Positions 1-8,513 of a stretch of DNA of 26,011 nucleotides are shown one piece after another. Origin of the DNA: a virus (Duplodnaviria > Caudoviricetes); the IMG/VR virus record IMGVR_UViG_3300032257_000087, positions 1 to 26,011 of that record, one strand, 5' to 3'. The notes below the pieces were generated by a model. The model saw only the letters and a program-made list of their open reading frames with translations. It made no database searches and was not told where the DNA came from. Position 1 is the stretch's first letter; each line of letters begins with the position of its first letter. Made by a program: the position numbers and the translations under genes.

Positions 1-429
1 AAGGTCCCCGGCGCGAACGTCCACGTAGACGGCACGGGGATCGGCCGCGGGGTGGCGGATCGTCTTCGAGAGCTAAAGCACCCCGTGGACTGCGTTCTCT
101 TCGGAGCCGGCGCCCAGGGGGACTGGAGCACGCTGCACGGGCCGTCTACCGCATTCGCCAACCGCCGGGCCGAGCTCTACTACAGCGCGCGGCGCCTTCT
201 CGAAGAGGGGATGCTGGCGATCCCCGAGAGGTACACGGCCCTCTGGGCGGAGCTCAACGCTACCCCCTGGATCCCGGACAACGGCAAGCAGGAGATCGCC
301 CTTCCGCGCAAGGAGGAAATCGTGAAAGACCTTGGGCGCTCGCCTGACGACGCCGACGCGCTAGTATGCGCCCTGAGCCGTCCCGTCGCGCGGCGTACGG
401 GTGTGGGAAGTACCAGGACCAGCGGATGA
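1..429 (+). CDS. terL: Terminase large subunit, C-terminal nuclease domain (5'-truncated by the window)
   Basis: Frame is open from base 1 (KVPGANVHVDGTGIGRGVADRL...). Has the DxxGxGxGVxDxL motif, FANRRAELY and the terminal RSPDDADAL motif typical of TerL RNase H-like domains. Lies directly upstream of the portal. Confidence 0.9.
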   Translation, partial: KVPGANVHVDGTGIGRGVADRLRELKHPVDCVLFGAGAQGDWSTLHGPSTAFANRRAELYYSARRLLEEGMLAIPERYTALWAELNATPWIPDNGKQEIALPRKEEIVKDLGRSPDDADALVCALSRPVARRTGVGSTRTSG

Positions 430-3032
430 CGCCAATGCACCAGCAAGCCAGCCTCCCTACGCGGTCTCGCGTTCCCCGGATCAGCCGGTCAGGAAGCCTG
501 CGAGTCCAGGAGCGCTCGCTTCAGGACTGGCTCAACGGCAGCAGCAGCTCGAGTAGGTCGAGCTCTTTTGGGCTGAAGACGGAGCACCTGCAGAGCCCCT
601 ATCGCCAGATCGCGTGGGCCTATGCGGCGATTCGGACGATTGAGACCAGTCTCATGCGCTTGGGCCTGCAGGCGAAATCCAGCGATGCAGAGAAGGCCGC
701 GGTGCTCCCGGCCACGCATCCGATCTCCCAACTGCTACAGAGGGTCAACCCGATCCACTCGCAGAAGGGCCTTCTGGTTTCAATCGCCCAGCACCTCTTC
801 AACCACGGGGAATGCTTCCTGCGGATGACGGATGAGGGGCAGAAGCCTATCCGTTTCAGCGGGAGGGGGAAGGAAGCGACCAAGGCTCTGCCCCACTACA
901 TCTGGCCCTTTCCTGGTGGCCGCCGCAGGGTGGGCCTGGAGTGCGACTCGCGCGGCGTGCCCGCCTACTGGATCTTCCCGACAGCCGGCGGTGAGAAGCG
1001 CGTCCCGGCCGAGACGGTCATCCTGCTCAAGTTCCAGGACCCGGACGACCCCTACCGCGGCATGTCGCCGCTCGAGGCCGCATGGGGCGCGGCGACCGCC
1101 GACTACCTGGCCCACGCGCACCAGACCGAGCTGATGTCCAAGGGCGGGGACCCGAAGGGCGTTTTGCAGTTCAAGGAGTTCCTGCCCCGGGAGCAGTACG
1201 ACGAGATCCGCGACGAGGTGCAGGAGCACTGGGACGCGGCCAACGCATCAGGGGAGACGCGCATCGTCCACGGTGGCGGCGAGTACAAGCAAACGACGAT
1301 GAGCCCCAAGGAGCTCGAATCGCCGAAGCTCGCCGAGCTTACCCGCAAGGAGATCGCGGCCGTGATCGGCACCCCGGACGCCCTCATGGGAATGGGTGAT
1401 TCCAACTTCGCGGTCTTCAAAGGCGAGTGGCGCAGGTTCTGGTTGATGACCATGGATCCGCTCGCGCTCCTGATCGGGTGCGGGCTGAACGAGGAGCTCT
1501 TCCAGCGCCTTGAAGGCAGGGACAGCCTGGCGCGGATCCACTGGGACTTCGGTGCGGTGCGCCAGCTTCGGGACGACCTGGGCGAACGCGGGGCCGCGGC
1601 GGGGACCCTGCAGAAGCAGGGGGTTCCCCTGAACATGGCCCTAGCGGCGGCCGAGATCGACATCGAGGCCATCGAGGGCGGCGATGTCCCCCTGATCCAG
1701 GGCCAGTGGACCGCCCTAGCAATCGCTGGTGAGCCTCCGCCCGAGCCTGAGCCCGAGCCCGAAGAGGAAGACGAGGGCGACGACGAAGACCCGGACGAGG
1801 AGCCTGACGGCGACCTGGAGGGCGAGGAGCCCGAGGACGAGGAGCCCGACGAGGAGGACGACGAGAAGGCCGCTTCCGGCGTCACCGTCCGGGCGGCCGC
1901 GGACGAATCCGAGGGGTTCACCGCCCGGAGGCGGCTCTGGAGGACGATCGAGGCCCGCCGCAAGATCAGCGACCCATCGATCCAGTCCAAGGTCCGGAAG
2001 TGGACCAACGGGATGCGGGGGCTCCAGATGGAGCACTTCGCAAAGCTGCGCGATGCGGGCAAGGACCAGGGGGAAGGAAAGGCCGTGCCTTGCTACTCCC
2101 GCTCCCTCCCGGACATCCCCGATCTGGCTCCGCTCCTGGACCTCTGGCTCGAGGACGCCAGGGAGTTCGACGCGATCCCGAACGGAGACGAGCGCCGGCA
2201 CGCCACCCCGACCTGGTGCGACGGCACCCCCATCTGCCGGATCGAGGCTGACTGGACCCCCAGGCAGCTTCCCTGGGTCATGGAGAACCTGGACCTGGTG
2301 CGCGAGGTGGGCCTGTACCGCCTGCGCGACCTGGCTGTCTGCCAGAAGGCCGACCTCCTGGAGAGCGAGCTCGATGAGCTGATCGTGATGAACGACAAGA
2401 AGTGGATCCAGCAGCTACGCGAGCTGCTCGACGGTCCCTTCGAGGGTTCGTACGAGGGCGCCCTGCGCTCCTTCGCGGGCGAAAGCGGCCTACCCACGGT
2501 CAGCGCGGCCAACCCTGCAGGGCTGCGGTTCTTGCGCGACAAGGGCGTCCGGGTCTCCGAGGGCGTCAACTCCACCATGGCCCGCAGCCTGCGGAACACG
2601 ATCGCGCGGGTCCTGTCCGAGGGGGGCACGCTCGGCACCCTGGCCCAGCAGATCCGGGCGTCCTGGCCCCAAGTGAAGGCGGCCGGATCGAAGTTCTTCA
2701 ACCAGCAGGCCCGGCGCTCGGTCTTGATTGCCAGGACCGAAACGGCTCAGATCCACAACACGGCCCGCGGCCATTCGCTCGAGAAGTGGAAGGACGAGGG
2801 GCTGATTGAGACACGAACGTACCTCACAGCCGGAGACGGGCCGGAGTCTGGCGGGGGCCGCACACGAGAGCACCACTGGACACTCGACGGCAAGAGCGAG
2901 CAGATCGGCATTCCCTGGGTCAGCGGCCTGGGGAACACGCTTCGCTGGCCGGCAGACCCCGAGGCCCCCGTCGTGGAGTCAGCGAATTGTCGCTGCGCCG
3001 AGTCGGCCGACATCAAGGACACTGACGAATGA
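426..3032 (+). CDS. HK97-family portal protein fused to a C-terminal Mu gpF/SPP1 gp7-like minor head protein
   Basis: Start placed at ATG 426 (ATGA overlap with terL stop) rather than 366. Portal motifs WAYAAI, LLQRVNP, GECF, DPYRGMSPLEAA, IAAVIGTP. C-terminal MuF motifs IARTET, RTREHH.LDG, LRWPADP...NCRC. Confidence 0.88.
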   Translation: MTPMHQQASLPTRSRVPRISRSGSLRVQERSLQDWLNGSSSSSRSSSFGLKTEHLQSPYRQIAWAYAAIRTIETSLMRLGLQAKSSDAEKAAVLPATHPISQLLQRVNPIHSQKGLLVSIAQHLFNHGECFLRMTDEGQKPIRFSGRGKEATKALPHYIWPFPGGRRRVGLECDSRGVPAYWIFPTAGGEKRVPAETVILLKFQDPDDPYRGMSPLEAAWGAATADYLAHAHQTELMSKGGDPKGVLQFKEFLPREQYDEIRDEVQEHWDAANASGETRIVHGGGEYKQTTMSPKELESPKLAELTRKEIAAVIGTPDALMGMGDSNFAVFKGEWRRFWLMTMDPLALLIGCGLNEELFQRLEGRDSLARIHWDFGAVRQLRDDLGERGAAAGTLQKQGVPLNMALAAAEIDIEAIEGGDVPLIQGQWTALAIAGEPPPEPEPEPEEEDEGDDEDPDEEPDGDLEGEEPEDEEPDEEDDEKAASGVTVRAAADESEGFTARRRLWRTIEARRKISDPSIQSKVRKWTNGMRGLQMEHFAKLRDAGKDQGEGKAVPCYSRSLPDIPDLAPLLDLWLEDAREFDAIPNGDERRHATPTWCDGTPICRIEADWTPRQLPWVMENLDLVREVGLYRLRDLAVCQKADLLESELDELIVMNDKKWIQQLRELLDGPFEGSYEGALRSFAGESGLPTVSAANPAGLRFLRDKGVRVSEGVNSTMARSLRNTIARVLSEGGTLGTLAQQIRASWPQVKAAGSKFFNQQARRSVLIARTETAQIHNTARGHSLEKWKDEGLIETRTYLTAGDGPESGGGRTREHHWTLDGKSEQIGIPWVSGLGNTLRWPADPEAPVVESANCRCAESADIKDTDE
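1731..1865 (+). repeat. Low-complexity acidic/Pro linker (EPPPEPEPEPEEEDEGDD...DEEDDE) made of degenerate GAGCCY/GACGAG units
   Basis: Seen directly: 45 codons almost all E/D/P/G, between the portal domain and the MuF-like region. Confidence 0.8.
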
Positions 3033-4831
3033 AGCTCACCCTCTCAGACAAGATCGCCGCCGGCACAGCCACCCTCCTGGACTTCGAAGGCGAGCGCCCG
3101 GAGCGCGTCTACGAGATCAAGAGCTCGCTCCCGTACCAGCTCCGGGCCCGCTCGGGCCTGGTCCTGCGAACGAAGAACGAGGCCACCCGCACCGTGGATT
3201 TCTGGTCCTCGCCCGAGGTGGTGGACCGGATGGGAGACATCGTCCGGATCAAGGAGCGCAAGGCCAAGGGTGGCGTCGTCCAGGGCGGAATGGACATGAC
3301 CGAGTTCGAGCGCGACGGCTCGCCGGTCCTCTGGCAGCACAACGGCTTCGGGTTCACTACCCACACCGGGGGGCTCCCGATCGGCCGCGTGGTCAAGTGG
3401 ACGAAGGCGCAGAAGTTCGTGGTCCCGGCAGCCCCAGGCGCCCCTTCCCGCAAGGTGGATGCCCTTCGGGAGACCTTTGAGTACCACGAGGAGGACCTGA
3501 GCCCGTTCGCGGAGGTGGTCTTCCGGATGGTCATGAAGGACGCCCTCCCCGCCGTCTCCATCGGGTTCATCGGCGTGGACGTGCACGTCCCCGAGACCCC
3601 CGAGGAGCGCGAGAAGCTGGGCCTGGGCGTCTGGGGAGTGGAGTTCCGCTCCTCGAAGAAGGTCGAGACCAGCAACGTGATCATCCCGGCCAACCCGATG
3701 GCGACCCAGGCTAAGTCTGGAGAGTTCGAGGGCCGGATGCTTCGGAGCCTGGACGACCTGGTCACGGGCGGGCAGATCAGCGACTCGCTGCGCCGCAAGT
3801 TCGTGGAGGAGTGCTCGGTCGGCCCCCAGGACGCCCTCATGAGCATCAGAAGCCGGGTCCGAGGCTTCGTGGACATGGCCGCGGTGTTCCGGGAGGACAC
3901 CAGCGATGATCCCGAGAGCGAGGCTATGGAGCGCCTCTACGCCCCCGAGGAGGCCGCCGAGTATTACGCCCGCATGGACGAGCTCGCCCAGGCCGCCCCC
4001 GAGGTGCCCGAGGACCCCGAGACCGAAGCAGTCGAGCCGGACGAGGACGAGGACGGAGAGATCCCGGAGCTCGACCAACGCGCGACCGATGTCCGCACGA
4101 TCATCCTGCGCGGCGAGGACGGAGAGCAGATCCCCCTTACGGTCCTGGCGTCCGACCTGGCGCGGCTGCGGTCCCAGTCCACCGAGGCGCTCGGGGTGGA
4201 GATCGCCGACCTGATGCACCGCGCGGCCGAAGAGGAGGCCCCCACGTTCCACGTGGAACACTCGGACGGCAGGGTGGACGTGACCGTCGCCTTCCACGGT
4301 TCACAGGAGGACCGGGACACGATCGAGAGGGCCATCTGCGAGGCCCCAGACCTGTACGAGATGGTGCTGCGGGAGACCGTGGACCGGCTCATCGCCGAGG
4401 GCCCCGACGCTCGCGAGTTCCCGTCTATCGCCTCGATCCGCGTGGATCGGGAGACCTACGAAGCTCTTCAGCGGGGCTTCGAGGAGGTCAGCTCGCTCCA
4501 GGAGCACGTCGCCCGGATGCTCGAGGACATTGAGGAAGTGCAGGCCGCGCCGGAGACAGACCCTGGACAGGCCCCTGCGGACTTGTCTAGCCTGAGCGTT
4601 CAAGAGCTGGTCCGGCGCCTGATGGCGACCGAGAACAGCAACGGCGGAGCCGGCGAAGGAGGTTCGAATTGCGAACCGTCAGAGCCCCAAGCCTCTGGTC
4701 AAGCCGAAGTCACTACCCCGCTCTCTCTCAGCCGAGAGCTGCTAGAGGGGGCCGACATCGGACAAAGCAGAGGATCGAGCGATGGCGAAGAACGCATTCA
4801 TCACGAGGTCGGCGATCACCAAGGCGCGTGA
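3029..4831 (+). CDS. HK97-type prohead maturation protease with a long acidic C-terminal extension
   Basis: Motifs VDRMGDIV, PVLWQHN (catalytic His), PIGRV, AVSIGF (catalytic Ser), ETSNVIIPANPMA in the first ~230 aa. Sits between portal and capsid. ATGA overlap with the portal. Confidence 0.88.
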   Translation: MKLTLSDKIAAGTATLLDFEGERPERVYEIKSSLPYQLRARSGLVLRTKNEATRTVDFWSSPEVVDRMGDIVRIKERKAKGGVVQGGMDMTEFERDGSPVLWQHNGFGFTTHTGGLPIGRVVKWTKAQKFVVPAAPGAPSRKVDALRETFEYHEEDLSPFAEVVFRMVMKDALPAVSIGFIGVDVHVPETPEEREKLGLGVWGVEFRSSKKVETSNVIIPANPMATQAKSGEFEGRMLRSLDDLVTGGQISDSLRRKFVEECSVGPQDALMSIRSRVRGFVDMAAVFREDTSDDPESEAMERLYAPEEAAEYYARMDELAQAAPEVPEDPETEAVEPDEDEDGEIPELDQRATDVRTIILRGEDGEQIPLTVLASDLARLRSQSTEALGVEIADLMHRAAEEEAPTFHVEHSDGRVDVTVAFHGSQEDRDTIERAICEAPDLYEMVLRETVDRLIAEGPDAREFPSIASIRVDRETYEALQRGFEEVSSLQEHVARMLEDIEEVQAAPETDPGQAPADLSSLSVQELVRRLMATENSNGGAGEGGSNCEPSEPQASGQAEVTTPLSLSRELLEGADIGQSRGSSDGEERIHHEVGDHQGA

Positions 4832-6122
4832 GCGCCTAGGCAAGAAAGCCGCCGCCACCCAAGCCGCGGACGCGGCCCAAGAAGCCGCAGGGCTCCCCCA
4901 AGACAGCGCCGGCCAGACCGAAGCCGAGTTGATGACCCGCATCAACCGGCTCGTGGACGAGCGCACCTCACAGCACACCGCGCGCTTCGACGAGATCGAA
5001 GAGCGCTTCGGCTCCGTCGATGCCGCCTTTGGCGTGCTCGAGGACATGTCCGAGGAGGACGACTCCCGGATCTACGACCAGGACCCCTCTGCCGGCCAAG
5101 GCGAGGGCGCCTTCACCCGCGAAGAGATCAAGGGCTTCCGTCTGGGCCTGGCGATCGTCCACAGCGAGGAAGGCTGGCGCGGCACGTCCAAGGAGCTGCC
5201 TGAGTACGACATCATGCAGCGGGCTTACAGCTCGTCCGACGACGCGAAGGGCGGCCTGGTGGTCCCCGGCATGTTCATCGCCGACCGGATCATCGCCCCG
5301 CTTGAGGCCGAGGCCATCCTGTTCAAGCTCGGCGCCACGCCGATGAACGACCTGAGCGGTGAGCCGGTCGAGCTCTCGCGAGACAGCAACACCCTACCGA
5401 CCGCGAATTGGGAGGGTGAGAACACTTCCAGCGCCGACACCGACACGGACCTCGAGGCGGTCCGGATGCAGCCCCACCGGATGCAGACCTGGAGCAAAAT
5501 CTCCAAGCGCCTCCTGCGGAACGCCTCGATCGACGTGCAGAACCACGTCACGAAGCGCCTCGTGCGGGCAATGGCCCTGAAGCTGGACCTCGCAGGCTTC
5601 AACGGCACCGGAGCCCTGGGGCAGCCCGTGGGAGTCACCTCCGCTCCTGGGGTCAATTCGGTCAGTTGGGCTGGCGCCACGTACACCGGGGCCAGCCAGG
5701 AGGTCTCCGACCTCATCGACGCGATGTGGTTCGAGATCGTCGCCGACAACGCCCACATGGGCGCAAGGAACGTCGCTTGGGCCATGCACCCCTCAGCGAT
5801 GAAGAAGCTCCGTCAGACGAAAGACGGAGACGGACGGCCGATCTTCTTCCGTACGGAGATCACTGGCCCCGGCGTCCGCCGCGAGATGTTCTGGGACTAC
5901 CCGGTCGAGATGACCACCCAGCTCACCTCCACCGACCTGATCCTGGGCGTCTGGGAGCAGCTGATCATCGGCCGCTGGAAGGATGTCGAGATCGACTCCA
6001 ACGACCGGTTCGAGGATGTCTGGAAGAAGAACCAGACCGCCGTGAAGGTCGAGGCCGAGTACGACATCGCAGTCGAGCACGGCGAAGCCTTCTGTATCGC
6101 CAACAGCCTGAACGTCAGCTAA
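4782..6122 (+). CDS. Major capsid protein, HK97 fold, with an N-terminal delta/scaffold region
   Basis: RA.SS....GGLVVP junction at residue ~147, ANWEGE, ISKRLLRNAS, FNGTG..GQPVGV, WAMHP, KDGDGRPIF, NQTAVK. SD-like AGAGGA upstream and an in-frame TAG at 4743 bound the start. Confidence 0.95.
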   Translation: MAKNAFITRSAITKARERLGKKAAATQAADAAQEAAGLPQDSAGQTEAELMTRINRLVDERTSQHTARFDEIEERFGSVDAAFGVLEDMSEEDDSRIYDQDPSAGQGEGAFTREEIKGFRLGLAIVHSEEGWRGTSKELPEYDIMQRAYSSSDDAKGGLVVPGMFIADRIIAPLEAEAILFKLGATPMNDLSGEPVELSRDSNTLPTANWEGENTSSADTDTDLEAVRMQPHRMQTWSKISKRLLRNASIDVQNHVTKRLVRAMALKLDLAGFNGTGALGQPVGVTSAPGVNSVSWAGATYTGASQEVSDLIDAMWFEIVADNAHMGARNVAWAMHPSAMKKLRQTKDGDGRPIFFRTEITGPGVRREMFWDYPVEMTTQLTSTDLILGVWEQLIIGRWKDVEIDSNDRFEDVWKKNQTAVKVEAEYDIAVEHGEAFCIANSLNVS

Positions 6123-6153
6123 TCCGGACTCTCCGAACAACAAGGACAGAACC

Positions 6154-6639
6154 ATGAGAATGACCCCTAGCCTCCGGATGAGCTTCCTTCCGCTGATCGA
6201 CCCCGCCGCGAGGGCGGCAGGTACGGTCAACGGGGACTCCTTCCGACGACAAGACTTCCGAGACGCCGCCACGGCCCTGATCATCGTCCGTTGCGGCGTG
6301 ATCGACGGGACCCAGGACGTGAAGCTCCAGGACGCGGCCGACGACGGCTCGGGCTCGCCCGACACTTTCGCGGACGTGACCGGCCTCGCCATGACCCAGA
6401 TCGCAGCCACTGGGGACGCCCTGGTGTATGTGGCCGAGGTTGACCTGCTGAACTCCCCGGATCTCCGGGAGCATATCCGCCCGGTCTTGGTCGATACAGG
6501 CGGCAGCGCCTCTATCGTCTCCGTGGACATGGTGCTTCTGGATGCCAAGGAAAGCACGGTCCACAGTGCCCCGGGAGCCGTCCAGGTGACGGAAGCCGGC
6601 ACCGCACCGGCGACGATCGAGACGCTCACCGCGAGCTGA
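6154..6639 (+). CDS. Probable capsid cement/decoration protein (Bbp16-like beta-sandwich)
   Basis: Immediately after the capsid gene. Beta-rich, with VKLQDAADD...FADVTG and HIRPV patterns as recalled for post-capsid cement proteins. AAGGA SD. Confidence 0.55.
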   Translation: MRMTPSLRMSFLPLIDPAARAAGTVNGDSFRRQDFRDAATALIIVRCGVIDGTQDVKLQDAADDGSGSPDTFADVTGLAMTQIAATGDALVYVAEVDLLNSPDLREHIRPVLVDTGGSASIVSVDMVLLDAKESTVHSAPGAVQVTEAGTAPATIETLTAS

Positions 6640-6661
6640 TCCCACCGGGACGACGAGAACT

Positions 6662-6706
6662 AGGGACCCCTCGGGCCAGCTTTGCTAGGCTCGGGGGGTC
6701 CCTTTC
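6662..6706 (+). terminator. Long GC-rich hairpin, probable intrinsic terminator/attenuator after the head genes
   Basis: AGGGACCCCTCGGGCC (6662-6677) pairs with GGCTCGGGGGGTCCCT (6688-6703): 16 bp with two G-U, plus AGC/GCT closing a TTT loop. Only a short TTTC tail follows. Confidence 0.55.
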
Positions 6707-6784
6707 ACGTCCCCCCTTTGGGGTTGGGAGTTCAGAAGTCACAATTCGGGAGTTCGCGGCTCCCTTCAAGCCTGGAGGCACCAG

Positions 6785-7213
6785 ATGGCAGCGAAGACAG
6801 CGAAGAAGAACAAGGTCGAGGTGATCGAGTACGAGCCCGGAGTGCTCCGGGTCCGAGACCACCGGATGCTTCTCTGGCCCGACCAGACCCCGCGGGGCAA
6901 GGCGGGCTACATGGTCGCGGACAATGACCCCTTCATCGAGCGCTACATGCACAACCTGGAGCCGGCGCTGAAGGGCGCGAAGGTAGTGCCGCTCGAGGCC
7001 GTGAACCGGCGCGACCCGAACGCAGCCCACGGAGACGAATGGAAAGGCGCGGCCCCGAAACGCTGGATGTCACAGTACCTTGCCGAGCAAGGCAAGCTCG
7101 AGCTGCCCACGCCGGCCGCGGACAAGGGCCAGGCCATCATGGAAGGCAGCGGAGAGACAGGCAACGTGCCCGATCTCGACGAGACCCCGGACGGCGACCA
7201 GGCTGAGGGGTAG
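6785..7213 (+). CDS. Hypothetical phage protein (head-neck region)
   Basis: GGAGG SD at 6774-6778, codon usage like neighbours, fills the gap before the adaptor. No recognisable motif. Confidence 0.7.
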   Translation: MAAKTAKKNKVEVIEYEPGVLRVRDHRMLLWPDQTPRGKAGYMVADNDPFIERYMHNLEPALKGAKVVPLEAVNRRDPNAAHGDEWKGAAPKRWMSQYLAEQGKLELPTPAADKGQAIMEGSGETGNVPDLDETPDGDQAEG

Positions 7214-7216
7214 GGA

Positions 7217-7825
7217 ATGACGGTCAACGCCACGGACGTAACGACCTTCAAGGCGTGGTCAGGGCACCCTGCCACAGCCGACGCCGACGCGAGGATCTCC
7301 GAGCTGATCACGTCGGTATCGCGAGCCTTCGAGGGCTACATCGGCGCCCACGACATCTTCGAGGCCGTCGAGCGAACCGAGGACTACGACGTGGTGCGGG
7401 ACTACCAGAAGACCTTCGCGCTGAACATCTTCCCGGTGACTGCCGTGGCCTCAGTCCACTACGACACGGGCTGGGACTTCGGCGCTGGGGCAGAGGTGAC
7501 GGAGGGCACGGACTTCGTGGTGGACCTGGACCGCGGGCGGCTTCAGTTCCCTACGAGCTCGATGCGGAAGTGGCCCAAGGCTCTCCGGGTCAAGTACACG
7601 GGGGGCTTCGCCGCCAACACCGCGGCCTTCCTGGCCGACGCCCGCTGGGACACGCTCGTCCACGCGGCGAACGTCCAGGTCCAGTTCGAGCTCCAGCGCA
7701 AGGACAGCCCAGGCAGCAACCGGGAGTTCTCCCGGCAGGGCGGCGCCACGTTCACGTCCGAGGTCAAGCTCCTCGACCACGTAGAGACCGTGCTTCGAAG
7801 GTTCGCGCGGTTCCGCTATGCCTGA
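7217..7825 (+). CDS. Head-tail adaptor/connector (HK97 gp6/SPP1 gp15-like, with beta insertion)
   Basis: N-terminal helices (FKAW...DARISELITSVSRAFEGY), FPVTAVASV, VKYTGGF and C-terminal VETVLRRF match long adaptor proteins. Synteny. Confidence 0.8.
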   Translation: MTVNATDVTTFKAWSGHPATADADARISELITSVSRAFEGYIGAHDIFEAVERTEDYDVVRDYQKTFALNIFPVTAVASVHYDTGWDFGAGAEVTEGTDFVVDLDRGRLQFPTSSMRKWPKALRVKYTGGFAANTAAFLADARWDTLVHAANVQVQFELQRKDSPGSNREFSRQGGATFTSEVKLLDHVETVLRRFARFRYA

Positions 7826-8513
7826 CCCGATCCAGGGGGACGCCAGCGACCTGGCCGCCTGGAGCCGGGCCCAGCTAGAGGTCCCCCGGGAGCTCGCCCG
7901 CGAGGTTGGGAAGAGCTTCAAGAAGATCCTGATCAAGCTGGTCTCGGACACCGAGCGGTCGATCAAGGGCGGATTCTCCCCCGGGACGCAGTCCCAGGAC
8001 AACGTCGTGAACCGGTCCGGGGATCTCCGCCGTAGCTTCGATCTGACCGTCGAGGACGGGGTGGGGATCAAGGACGTGTCGGGCTTCATGTTCTCGACCG
8101 CGCTCTACTCCAGCACCCAGGAGTTCGGGACGGTAGGGGCCGGGGGCTCCCTGCCAACGATCCGCCCGAAGAAAGCCAAGTACCTGACGATCCCCCTGCC
8201 GGACAACCTGGACCCGTCTGGGATCACGCTCCGCACGGCTCGCGAGGTCCTGAGCAACCCCCAGGGCTTCTTCCTCCAGACGGAGGAGCGGGAGCAGGCA
8301 GGCAAGGGCCCCCTGATCGTCGAGAACGAAGGTGGGGAGCTTCAGTTCATGTTCACGCTGGTTGACGAGGTGGACATCAAGCCCCGCCTCGGCATCAGGG
8401 ATCGGGCGAACTCTAGTAGCTTCCGGAGCTTCGTCTCCCGGGAGATCGGGCGCGGCGTTGCGCGTGCTCTTGAACGGGCGGACGACGGTAGGCAAGGTAT
8501 CTCGCGCAGATGA
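7818..8513 (+). CDS. Neck/tail-completion protein (HK97 gp10/Mu gpG-like)
   Basis: RSGDLRRS, YSSTQEFG, TIRPKKAKYLTIP and V.IKPR motifs. Basic protein in the neck cluster. Confidence 0.75.
   Translation: MPDPIQGDASDLAAWSRAQLEVPRELAREVGKSFKKILIKLVSDTERSIKGGFSPGTQSQDNVVNRSGDLRRSFDLTVEDGVGIKDVSGFMFSTALYSSTQEFGTVGAGGSLPTIRPKKAKYLTIPLPDNLDPSGITLRTAREVLSNPQGFFLQTEEREQAGKGPLIVENEGGELQFMFTLVDEVDIKPRLGIRDRANSSSFRSFVSREIGRGVARALERADDGRQGISRR

Noticed and set aside
366-425. Upstream starts in the ORF track (366, also 18411 and 24510)
   Set aside because: Downstream ATGs at 426, 18522 and 24537 give the ATGA coupling used throughout the operon, and the longer versions overlap the preceding gene without a plausible reason.
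1731-1865. CRISPR-like or regulatory repeat array
   Set aside because: The repeats are short, degenerate and explained by Glu/Asp/Pro codons, with no repeat-spacer periodicity.
2700-3032. MuF polymorphic toxin
   Set aside because: The protein ends about 12 residues after NCRC, leaving no toxin domain, and the next gene is the protease, not an immunity gene.
4782-4831. Protease-capsid fusion by frameshift
   Set aside because: The capsid has its own SD and ATG, its frame is closed by TAG at 4743, and no slippery sequence is evident in the overlap.
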